A stretch of DNA of 64,000 nt, taken from Octopus sinensis. Its lineage: Eukaryota. A program made the translations under genes and the position numbers. Shown piece by piece: positions 1 through 29,959 of this stretch (positions are counted from its first letter, which is position 1; each line of letters begins with the position of its first letter). The notes under the pieces are model-generated. The model did not search any database. It was not told the DNA's origin and saw only the letters and a list, made by a program, of their open reading frames with translations. Location: the NCBI RefSeq assembly GCF_006345805.1, contig NC_043020.1, positions 3,658,001 to 3,722,000 on the forward strand, read 5' to 3'.

Positions 1-1477
1 GAAATCATTCGACCTGCTAAAACTAGCAGCAGTATTACCTCGAATGATACTCTAATGAATGACATACCTCACAATGGTGATCATAGCCACACAAAGGAGG
101 ATAATGTCCTCTCTTCCTCCTTCCTGCCACCAGACATGCAGACTCCCAAAGAAATAAAGCTTCAGGAAGGCTACAGCTACCCATCTCGGCTCTGACTGAA
201 TGTTGAAAGACTTCTTAATTCACTTTACACATCAGCAATAACAACAGCAATAACAATAGCAACCTTCTGTGTATCAGACATTTGTAAGGACATCATAATC
301 CAAGGTGAAACGTGAGACATGAGTCATAGAACCATTTTGAAAGGGCAACAAAGACACCAAAAGATATCTTTGAGTGGATGGGGGGGGGGGGGGGGGCTAT
401 TGTAAAGGTCATGTATTGTTTGTTTAAAGACGGTTATTTACACTGGCACCTTACATATGTCCACCCAGTATGGCGCAGGGACCAACACAGAGACTAGCAT
501 TTATGTTATGTTATCTAAAGATGGTATCTGCATTAAAATATAATCAATGGCAAAACAATAAGCTTTGGCATTCACAGAAGACGTCATTGTTGTTGTCCTT
601 AATTTAGTTGTTGTTGTTGTTGTTGTTGCTCACGTCTGCCCTGATCTACCGATCAAAAAGCTCTCCCCTGTCAAAACTAATTTCACTTTAGTATATCAAA
701 GAACTCTCATTATCAAAACTTTTCCATTGGTTTCAAGTAACCATAGATACTAGTGGCATTCACTTTTGTCCTTCATGACTCCAAAGGTGACCAGATTAGA
801 AGCTCATGGAGCAGTTTATTACGTTAATATTTGACATACATTTCATGGTTACGGTGGTGCCATTTTATAGCCAAGTCAAGTTAGAATCCTCTTGGACTGT
901 TGCTTTCCATGCAGCCTCAGAATTTCTGACTCTCTGATAATTTCTGATTCCGAGTGTCATACTCCAGAATGCACAGCACTCTGCCACAGCAAGCAACATG
1001 TCCCCAAGTACACTTTTTCAAGTTTGTTTTGTGGGTGCCTTTGTATTTCTTCTTTGGTCCACCCCAAAACTGTGAACCATCTGCAAGTTTTCCAAAGAAA
1101 CTTTATTTTGGGAGTCAAGAGTCAGGCATGTAGACTCCACTTTAGCTGGAATTTACTTAGGAAAGCATCTATGTTTGACATATTGGTTTCAAATTTTTGC
1201 ACAAGGCCAGCAATTTGGGGGTAAGGGAGTAAGTCAATTATATCAAATCTTACCCTTTTGTTACCATATCTATGTTGAAATGCACGATCTATATTTCAAT
1301 TAATTCTGAAAATACTGTAGAATTTAGTAAAATAATTTTGTCATGATTAATCTGGTCTTTGGAACATAAATGAACACAAAATTTGATGGAAGGTTATATA
1401 TTACTTTGAAACAGGAGCTTGTTTTATTGAACCAAATGCAGTTTTAAACAGGTTGGTATCAAAAGTGTTAAGACAAG

Positions 1478-1700
1478 CATGATTGGCTGCCAGCCTCCCC
1501 TGGCACCTGTGCCGGTGGCACGTAAAAAGCACCCACTACACTCTCGGAGTGGTTGGCATTAGGAAGGGCATCCAGCTGTAGAAACACTGCCAGATCAAGA
1601 CTGGAGCCTGCTGCAGCCTCCTGGCTTCCCAGACCCTGGTCGAACCGTCCAACCCATGCTAGCATGGAAAATGGACGTTAAACGATGATGATGATGATGA
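1478..1700 (+). mobile_element. 5'-truncated RTE 3'-UTR copy with (GAT)n tail
   Basis: ..aaaagcacccactacactctcggagtggttggcattaggaagggcatccagctgtag..ggacgttaaacgatgatgat; same sequence as the 3' end of the LINE at 17640-19140. Confidence 0.8.
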
Positions 1701-1890
1701 AAGCTTGAAAAAATAATAGTTTTAAGGAAAATATTTATTACATAGAGACACCTGAAATTACACTCGTATAATTTAGACATACCTCTGAATACAAAGCGAA
1801 TTAACTGACATACCTGTAGTTGATGTTATATTAAGCATTCTTCCTTTTGTTATTTATTTATTTGTTTATTGTTCCGTTTTTACTATTTAG

Positions 1891-19548
<17,658 letters not shown>

Positions 19549-19565
19549 CAAAAATTATAAATCAT

Positions 19566-19603
<38 letters not shown>

Positions 19604-19691
19604 TACAGGCAAATATATGCATGTGTGTGTGTATATATATATACACACACACACATATATATATATATGTGTATATGTATATATATGTATG

Positions 19692-19732
<41 letters not shown>

Positions 19733-19743
19733 ATATATATGTA

Positions 19744-19774
<31 letters not shown>

Positions 19775-20067
19775 GTATTTGTATATATATATATATATGT
19801 ATATATCATCATAATCATCATCATCATCATTATCATCATCAACATCATCATCATCATCGTCATCGTCATCATCACCATCACCATCCTCCTCCTCCTCCTC
19901 ATCATCATCCTCATCACCATCTTCACCATCATTCTGTAATGTCTATCTTCCAAGTTGGTATGCATGGGGTTGGAGAGTTTGACCAGAGTTGATAGGCAGA
20001 AGAACTGCACCAGGTTGCAGTCTGACTTGGCTTGGTTCCAACTGCTAGATGCCCTTCCTAACACCAA

Positions 20068-20134
<67 letters not shown>

Positions 20135-20169
20135 TAATTATAGCTAAGGAAAATGAAATGAACAAATGC

Positions 20170-20439
20170 TTTTATTTCATTGATTTACAATTGTCTCCTT
20201 GAAAATGATTTCATGAGTATTACTATATTTTTATGCAATAAAATATGCAACCATTGATACATGAGATGTCACAGACACAAGATCAATTCTTCAGAATCAT
20301 GCATAAAAATTATCTGCAAATAACTTTTATGCACGATTCTGAAGAACTGATCGTCACTTCAGGTATTAATGGTTGCATAACATGGCAACACTCACAAGAT
20401 AAATTTTCAGCAAAACAATTGTAAATCAATGAAATAAAA
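20170..20439. mobile_element. Fold-back MITE downstream of the SLCO stop
   Basis: Perfect 25-bp TIR ttttatttcattgatttacaattgt plus two internal inverted segments. Confidence 0.75.
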
Positions 20440-20604
20440 GGACATGTCCACTCCATTCTCCTCTGTTATAATTGTAGAAACTCTGCAGTGTTTAGTGGAT
20501 TTTTCAGGCTTTGGATTACCATCTGTCTGTTGTCTGATAGCCTGGACCCATGGATGAGCTTAACAGGGTAAACTTCAGGGTTAACATCCAAATGAAATTA
20601 TATA

Positions 20605-20830
20605 CACCTTCTCCTTGATTTACAACCTATGCGATTCATGACCTTTCACACTTACAACCACAAAAAATAGAGAAGATATTATGCATTTTTCTCATTATGT
20701 ACAAAAATAATGGATTAAATTTTTGTTTTATATTTTTATAACCCATTCGAATGAAAATAATGTTGAAAAATATAAATCCGACATAAACCCAGATTGACTT
20801 ACAACCAGTCAGTTATAAGTTGAGGAGAAA

Positions 20831-20835
<5 letters not shown>
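20605..20835. mobile_element. Tc1/pogo-like MITE
   Basis: TA flanks; imperfect TIR caccttctccttgatttacaac / gttataagttgaggagaaagtgtg. Confidence 0.55.
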
Positions 20836-20861
<26 letters not shown>

Positions 20862-22107
20862 CGGCGGTGCATCAGCATGGCCGCAGCTCTGAGCTGAAAC
20901 TCGAAAAAAAGAGAAAAAAAAAAAAGATATATATATATATATATTCACACACACAATATACAAAAACAGAAAAGCAAATCAGCAAGGGAGCCCCTATACA
21001 GTCTGATTATTTGCTAGAAACAACACTTACATGTGCATCAAACTAAACCCTACCATCCAGAAAAGGACTCATTATATGTGTTCAAAGACAGACCAAGATT
21101 CCCTCAGCAAAATGGCAAAAATATTGAATAAACATAATTGAAATAGCTTTAATCATAATTCTACAGAATCAAGGCCATCAAAGAACTAAACATTAACAGC
21201 AACAACACACGGAACATATATTAACTTCCAGTACTTTAAAACAACAGAAAAACGCAAAAATAAAACAGAAAACACTGCATGTACCCTTCACACACACCCC
21301 CACATTCAGTTTTGCCAATTAGCATCTTGTCTTGTGTTCTAATGATTCTGTCAGTTTGCCTCCTTAATAATAATAGTTCCAAACTTTGGTACTCAGCCAA
21401 TAATTTCAGGGTGGTGGGTAAGTCGATGACATCAACCTCAGTGTTCCACTGGTATTTATTTTATTGGCTTCAAAAGTATGAAGGGCTAAGTCTACCTCAG
21501 CAGAATTTGAACTCAGAACATAAGTTCAGACGAAATTCCACAAAGCATTTTGCCTGGTGTGTTAACAATTCTGCCAGCTCACTGCTTTTGCTTTCTTGAT
21601 GATAATAATAATAATAATAATAACTGTAACAAATATTAGCCTAAATATTTGTGAGGAAGGGGTTTCTTTCATTAAAACAACCCCAGCATTTGACAGGTGC
21701 TTTCATTTGTTGAATCTGAATTTCACTTTGGAGGGATTTCAATTTAAAAAGTAAAGAACCAGAAGCAATACTGCACTTCACTGATTCTGTCAATCCACCA
21801 CCCTAAAAAGGAAAGCATAGGTTCAAGGTCTGAAATTTCCAGTGGATAGACAAGCTGATTACATCAACCCAGTTCTTGACTGGAGTTTAATGTTATCAGT
21901 GCCAAAAAAAAAAAAAAAAAAGAATGAAAGGCCAAGTTGACCTTTGCAGGAATTGAACTCGGAACATAAAGAGCAGGAACAAATATCTCGAAGCATTTAG
22001 TTCAATAATTCTGTCAATCCACTATTTTCTTTCATTTGTCAGAAGGGCAATGTTTGAGGGGGAATTACCAAAATATAAGGGGTGCACATAGAATCAATTA
22101 TTAAAGT

Positions 22108-22350
22108 GGTCATTGCCAGTGCCACCTGACTGGCTTCCGTGCCAGTGGCATGTAAGAGGCACCATTCGAGCAGGATCGTTACCAGCATCGCCTACTGGCA
22201 CTTGTGCCGTTGGCACGTGTAAAAAGATTCGAGCGAGGTCTTTGCCAGTACTGCCTGACTGGCCCCCGTGCCAGTGGCACGTAAAAGCACCCACTACACT
22301 CTCGGAGTGGTTGGCATTAGGAAGGGCATCCAGCTGTAGAAACTCTACCA
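22108..22350 (+). mobile_element. RTE 3'-UTR copy lacking the tail
   Basis: Repeat units plus aaaagcacccactacactctcggag..gtagaaactct. Confidence 0.75.
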
Positions 22351-23284
22351 GTCATAGCAAGATAATATGCCTCTGGCCAGTTGAGTTTGATAAGTCACCT
22401 ATACAACTAAGCACTTTATAAATACAAATCCTATGGTCACTCTCTGACTGCCCATAACAAACAACCTTCTAAACATATTACAGCTCTAATGTTTTAGAGG
22501 GTGCTTCTTTTTCAGGTATCTGAACTACTGACAATATCTTATATATATGTACATACATGTTTATGAATTTGTTTTGCAAGATTCCTGATGTGAAATCATG
22601 TGTTGAAACATATATTTCTGGATGGTCGTTTTTTAAATTTTATTTTTTAAATATTTTTGCCAAATAAACACACACACAAGATATTCGTTCTTCACTTGTT
22701 TATTATTGTTGTTATTCTATCTCATGTCCATTGTCTGGAAATCTTTCAGCGCACATCTGTGACCTCTTCACTGACCCTTTTCATCCATGTGTATCCTCCT
22801 ATAGTGATTGTCAGTAAGTGACATCCTATAATTTTTATAATTGCATGCGAGAAAGAGGTGGGTACGTAAATGACAAGAAAATAAGAATTTGTAAGACGTT
22901 TGTAATAAGTCATAACATATTTATTACTGGATGTAATTCACAGAAAGTGAATGCATATACAACAGAAATACAGAGCATAAGATGAATGTCTCAGCATGTT
23001 GAGTTAAGATGGAATTTGTTTACCAGTTCGAAAGTGAGGTACATGATAGAAAGTTCTATAACAGGATGTTGTGGACACGAGGCATTTCTTGCGTCATTTC
23101 TTGGGAATCATCAACTTTACAGAAGATTCATACCTAAATGTGTAGACAAGTTACTTCCCTTGACTTAACTATTCAAAGCAAAAGAAAGAAAAAAATTCTC
23201 CTCTCACTTTATCTGCCGAGGCATTAATCTTCTTTTGAGTCAATCAAGAAGGAAAGAGCTTCTGTTCCTTTGCTTGCACATCCA

Positions 23285-23665
23285 GTTCCTGATGCTTGTC
23301 TCTCTTTAACAGTTGATGCATGGGATTCTGCGGTCGGTGCTGTTTTACAACATACCGTCCATAATCAAGCTCGACCTTTGGGCATTCTTTGCTCGTCAAT
23401 TAAATCCAGCTGAACATCGTTACAGTACATTTGAACGTGAACTCTTAACGATCTACATGTCGGTTCGTCCTTTGCAACATCAATTCGAGGGCCGAGATTT
23501 TATGATTTATACTGATCCCAAGCTTCTTATGTTTGCTCTGCCATCTATCAAAGACAGACACTCACCTCGTGCTTTTTGTCACCTGGACTACATTTCTCAG
23601 TTCACAAGTGACATTCGGCATATGCCAGGAACAGAGAATGTACCAACTGATGCACTCTCTCGTCT
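23285..23665 (+). mobile_element. Ty3/Gypsy RNase H fragment (degenerate)
   Basis: LTVDAWDSAVGAVLQ / frameshift / AFFARQLNPAEHRYSTFERELLTIY..FMIYTDPKLL..GTENVPTDALSRL. Confidence 0.88.
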
Positions 23666-24735
23666 CCCAGTGGGTTCTCTTGCTGCAATCGATTTAACTG
23701 CCATTGCGCAGTTAAATTTGTGGGATTAGCCAGCTCTGTTTTTTTACCGAAAAGGCTCCTCCCATGATTTTTATGTTAAAGAGGAAAATGGCAAAAACCG
23801 GTCTGGATAGTTATCATTGTAAGGCTTACAACATTCCAAAGTCATAATAACAAAATCACTTTTAATTTTTTTACAAAAATTATACCATTATTTAAAAAAA
23901 TTTTCATTTAATGAATAATGTTTTTAACATTACGTACACATTAATAGAATAAACTGTTGGTTTCCCAAATAGCAAATTAAAACATAAAATGAAAACATTA
24001 AACGAGAAAGTGAGAGACTTTACAAATGAAAATGGAATACTCTGCAGGGAATATTTAAATTTGTGAAGAATTGGACACAGTGAATGCAATGAATATTTAA
24101 ACTTGCAAGAAATTGGAATTAAAAAATTTAATAACCTTGAGAAATCAAAATTATAGGAAATTTCTTAGACATGAATTTATAAAAATATTTCCAACGGTCA
24201 ACCCTTTAATAATTGTTTTCTTTTAGTACTTTTAGTAATTGTTACATACCTAATTAATAAGCAGCTTTCTCCACTATAGTATAGATATATATATGTATAT
24301 AAAGTTAATCCAAACATGAAAACACAAAGAGAAAACACAACAACACGAGGACGTGGAACAAATATAGTATTATTGGACACTCAGGAAGGAAGGGAAGAAG
24401 GAGGGCTTTACATTTCGAGCGGAGCTCTTTGTCAGAAACATATAATATAAGCGTCCTGTGTTGGTATTCAGTTGGAAGTAATAGCGTTACTGTTTATATT
24501 CGATGGAATGTTGGTCTTATAATCACCTCCGCTGTTATCACAGATGAACCAAAACACAAATTACTGACAGTCATTCCAACCGAGAATATAAACCAAAATC
24601 CAGAGATAAACCATCAATCATGTAAACAGATTCCAACCCAAGCAGTGATGAGTTGTACCAAACGAAACCAAATCCTTTGGTGACCCTCACTGAAGTAGAT
24701 ATTCCTTCATTTGTTTGTTGTATTTGTTTGTTTTT

Positions 24736-24741
24736 TTTATT
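24736..24741 (-). terminator. Candidate poly(A) signal of PMM
   Basis: AATAAA on the - strand about 100 nt after the stop codon; use is not demonstrated. Confidence 0.4.
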
Positions 24742-24839
24742 TTAATTACATTTTTCCAGAACTTTGTATTTTGTTTTTACACGCCCACTAATAATTGAAA
24801 TAAAAAAATATAATTCAAATAAAAATATGTTGATAATTT

Positions 24840-24944
24840 TCATCCCAAAAATAGTTCCTGGAGTTGTTGTATGGTATCAGCAGGATTCTTCACCACGTGA
24901 CCAATAGTGCGTTTATCTTCGTATATCTCATGGTCGTTGCCACC
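24840..24944 (-). CDS. PMM2: PMM terminal exon (not in ORF track)
   Basis: cttcag|[34 protein letters not shown]. Confidence 0.95.
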   Translation of the reverse strand, partial: GGNDHEIYEDKRTIGHVVKNPADTIQQLQELFLG

Positions 24945-27900
24945 CTGAAGGGAGAGAGAGAGAGAGAGAGAGAGGATAAAGAAACAAGAAAAGATATTGG
25001 GCTATCAAATCATTTTTTTTCATTTATTCTTATTCTTCCCAATGTTATTTGAATTAACATAAAAATTTTCATCATCATCATTTAGCGTCCGCTCTCCATG
25101 CTGGCATGGGTTGGACGGTTCAACTGGGGTCTGTGAAGCTGGAAGGCTTCATCAGGCCCAGTCAGATCTGGCAGTGTTTCTACGGCTGGATGCCCTTCCT
25201 AATGCCAACCACTCCGTGAGTGTACCAACCACTCCATGAGTGTACCAACCACTCCGTGAGTGTACCAACCACTCCGTGAGTGTACCAACCATATTAATCA
25301 ATTTTTTTTATGATATATATATGATAAAAAAATAACCACATTAAAATACAAATCCAGAATCAAAGAAAACACAAACATGAGTGAAGAAAGAAAAAAATGG
25401 GAAAAAATAGCAGAAAGACAAAAAGAAAGAAAGAAAGAGAAAACATCAATTCAACACAAAGTGTTTCAATTGACCACAGACCACAACTGTTCAACAGAAC
25501 CTAGTTTTACTTTAGTGTTTTTGGTGAGTTTTTTTTTTTAGCTCTATTCTTCCTCTACAACAAAAGTTGCAGAGGAAGAATAAATTTTACCACTTCTAAA
25601 ACATACTGGCACTATGACCCGGCAGATGATGCTGGGATGCCAAGTAGAAAAAAATTAAATTCATCCTTATAACCCATTACAATATTGCTTTTAAATAAAT
25701 GTTGCATTCAGTAATGTTTCACTGAAGAAGCTTTTAATACATGATTCTGGATTTGTGCATATATCTGTACCCTTTGCTAAAATTTTCAACCAGATGCAAA
25801 TCAGTTATTGGCTTATTGCATTCATGATAACGAGAGTGACAAGAGATGATTAGTGTAACGAGAAAAGTAACCATTTATTGCAATTTTGTATTTGGTTTGT
25901 AAGATTCTTGACAGGAAGTCCTGTGTTGAAACAGATTTTGACAGAAACACACACATACAGGTTCTCCTTCACACTCTTACCTTCAAAATTCACACCATGC
26001 TACAGGGACAAACATACACACACACTCTGTCTCTCCCCTTTTTATGATTATTCTTACATCCATATAAATATAGTCTTGTTGGTCAAATGAGCTCCCCATG
26101 TCACATTCAGAACCATTCGGGAGACTGAATGGCATCATACTCACTCACATGAAACCATCAAAGCATCCAGGAGGACAGCCAAACTACACGAAACTAATCT
26201 TTTATTTGTTTCAGTCATTAGACTGTGGCCATGCTACGGCACTTTCTTGAAGAGTTTTTAGTCATCTGCACCAACTCCATTACTTATTTTCTTTTTAAGC
26301 TTGATACTTATTCTATCAATAACTTTTGCTGAACTGCTAAGTTACAGAGACAAACACAGATACACACACACATACACGAAAGACTTTCAGTTTCCATCTA
26401 CCAAATCCATTCACAAGGCTTTGGTCAGCTTGAGGCTATAGTAGAAGACACTTACCCAAGGTACAACACAGGGACTAAACACAGAGCCATGTAGTTGAAA
26501 AGCAAACTTCTTACCACACAGCCACACCTGTCCATTTTTCCATGTTTGCAGGGGTCAAATGGAATATATTGAGGTAAATTCTTACAGCCAGACACTCATC
26601 CTGTTGCTAACCCTCAACTGTTTCCAGTTAAGATAATATTTTCCCCATGACAAGACATGTTTTCCATGCAAAATGGGGGACAAAGGACACTGTTTGCAAG
26701 ATGGTGACACTTGTTTGTCACTGTCAGGCAATGCCAAGACAAGGTGACAGTAACACACACACACACACAATTGATTTCCACACAGTTTCTCTTTACCAAA
26801 TCCACTCACAAGGCTTTGGTCAGCCTGGGGTTGTAGTACAAGACCCCAAAACCATGTGCTTGAGAAGCAAACTTCTTACTTCACAGCCACATCTGCACCT
26901 AGTCCCAGATAATGTAAGACCTGAAACAAGGCTTGATTAGCTCTCATCATAAATCAGACCACTCACAGCTGACCTAGGGTTATACAACAACAACACTAAC
27001 AACAACTAATCAAGATATCAAAATGGTTTTCCTTACTGGTTGTGTCTTGTCTCCAAAAAAATGTATTGTCTTGAAGCCATCTCTTTTAATAAATTTCAGG
27101 CAGTAACTTTTATTCCAGCCCTCGGGTATGACATCAATACTGATCTGACCACCAATTACATAATTTAAACCTAAGTCTGGGAACTTTTCATACAAGGCAT
27201 CGACGAATTTCTTCCGGACTTGATGTTCCTAAAAGGTTTCAAAGAACAAATAAACAAAATGAAACTGGGAAATATCTGGTCAAGCTTGGGTTAAGAGATC
27301 ATCACCAAACTCAGCAATCATCAGGTTTGTTTACAGAATGGTTACCATTAATAAAAAAGATTGAATAAAAGCATTAAAGGTGGATTTTTGTTTCACTTGG
27401 AGAAAAGATGGTAACTCAGTATTTTAAAAGGTAAGTTATTCCCCTTGGATCGACAGCAAATTTGCTCATTTTTGGAAATATTTTCATTTAACAGAGAAGC
27501 ATATAATGTTGTGCTGAAATTATTTAAGCATTTCTGTATATTTTTTTGTGCATGAACTATCGTGTGGTTAGGATGTCTAAGTATACTGGCATTTAGTAGT
27601 AGTGGCTTGTTGATATGCCCCAGAATTAAAAGTACATTAAAATGTAGAAGTGTGAAAGAAGCATGCATGTTGAGCGGGTTCAGCATGCAAATAGGGATCA
27701 GGTTTGGAGAATTGTAGTTTGGCCATCCCAATAAAAGAAGTCTTTCCCAATTTGCTAAAATAGACATGTTTTGATGACAAAGGGCTAAACATAGAGGGGA
27801 CAAACAAGGACAGACAAAGGGATTAAGTCGATTACACCGACCCCAGTGCGAAACTGGTACTTTATTTATCGACCCCGAAAGGATGAAAGGCAAAGTCGAC

Positions 27901-27989
27901 CTCGGTGAAATTTGAACTCAGAACGTAACGATAGACGAAATGCCGCTAAGCATTTCGCCTGGCGCGCTAACGTGTCTGCCAGCTCGCTG

Positions 27990-28040
<51 letters not shown>

Positions 28041-29900
28041 CATGAAGGTGCATGACCTTGTGGTTAGGGTGTTGCTAGATCATGGGTTCAATTTCTAGAC
28101 TGAGCAGTGTGTTGTGTTCTTGAGCAAGACACTTCATTTCACATTGCTCCAGTTGTGACTCAGCTGCGAAGAGGGAACCCTGCGACAAAGTAACCCTCTG
28201 ATCAGGGGCAATGTCTGCCTGCTTGCCTATTCAGCCGGGTGGCACCATTTGAAAGCTAAAAGGATGCAAAGCAAATTGTTTCCAACAAAAACAGTCAGTA
28301 GTCTGGTCAATCAGTTGATATATATATATATAGACACATACACACACATATATAACCTACCTGGTCATATTTACTGAAAGCATCACGCTCTGCCTGGGAA
28401 CAACTGCGTCCAATAGGACAAAAATTCATCATACTCTTGCGGAATTCAATAAACGTACCCCTAAAAAATAATAGCAGAAATATTTCAGTTTGTATCTATA
28501 CCTGACATAATCAAGGTGGGTAGCTTGAAAAGCTGCTCCCACAGCACACAACAAAAAGACAACAAAAAAAAGAAACAATGAAGGAACTTTTAGAAATAGC
28601 AGCCAAGTCACCCTAAATACCAACATAAAAAGGGACATGTGAGGTAGTCCAAAATACATAATGTTTGAAAACAATGATGCTACTGATCAGATCAGTTTCT
28701 TCCTCTTTCATCTCCATCTTTACCTGTTCACCATATCATCATCATCATCATCATCGTTTAACATCCACTTTCCATGCTGGCATGCGTTGGACAAATGACT
28801 GAAGGCTGGAGAACCAGATGGCTGCACCAGGCTCCAGTCTTGATCTGGCATAGTTTCTACAGCTGGATGCCTTTCCTAACGCCAACCACTCTGAGAGTGT
28901 AGTTGGTGCTTTTTACGTGCCACTAGCATGGGGCCAATCAGGCGGTATTGGCAATGACCTCGCTCAAATCTTTTTACACATGCTACCAGCACAGGTGCCA
29001 GTAAGGCGATGTTGGTAACGATCACGCTCGAATGGTGCCCTTTTACTGGCACGGAAGCCAGTTGGTTGCTCTGGCAACCAGCACAGTTGAAGGCCAATCT
29101 CAAAACAATGAACCTTATGAAGGAGCTGACAAAGGAAGAAGAAGATCTGCCCACCACAACAGAAATGAGATCATAAAAACCAAGGTGTCAGGTAAACAGC
29201 ATTGATATGGGTGCTGGTGCCACATGAAAAGCACTGGTAATGATACCCCGTAAAAATCTCCCAGTACACTCTGTGGAGTGGTCAGCATTAGGAAGGGCAT
29301 CCAGACATTGAAACCAAGCTGAAACAGACTATAGAATCCTGGTGCAGCCCCTGACCTTGCCAGTTGCTGTCAAGCCATCCAACCCATGCCAGCATGGAAA
29401 AATGGATGTATGATGATGATGATGATGATGGTTCCAGTTTTAATTTATCCCATTATGCAGAAATCAGCCAAACATTTGTAAATGGGCAAAAAATAAATGC
29501 AAAGATGACAAAATCAATAAATACTGTTTTCAAACAAAAATTACTTTGTGGTATTTATTCTGTGTAAAAGTACACCCCTACCCCCTCATGCCATCAAAAA
29601 AGGGTGTAAATCAGGGATTAGCACATTGCAAAGTTAATAACCAATAATCGTTTATCTTTTATTTGTTTCATTTGTTTGCCTGCAGCCATCCTGGGGCACC
29701 ACCTTGAAGGATTTCTTTTAGTAGAACAAATCGAGTGTGGCACTTATTTTTTTTGAAGTCTAGTAACTTATTCTTTTAGTCTTTTTTGCTGAACAACTAA
29801 GATACAGGGATATAACCAAACCAACACCAGTTGTCAAGTGTTGGTGGACAAATACATGCATACACACAATATATATATGTATATACACACACACACACAC

Positions 29901-29959
<59 letters not shown>

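Noticed and set aside
841-870. FHGYGGAIL, resembling an upstream OATP helix
   Set aside because: It is flanked by in-frame stops and has no usable splice sites.
22580-22780. Two degraded hammerhead-like strings (22585 on +, 22744-22775 on -)
   Set aside because: Core and stems are broken; kept only as a caveat for the G3:C8 variant.
24405-24440. Hammerhead-like remnant CTGACAA..GAGC tcc GCTC GAAA on -
   Set aside because: G8 is mutated and stems I/III do not pair; at most a decayed Penelope-type terminus.
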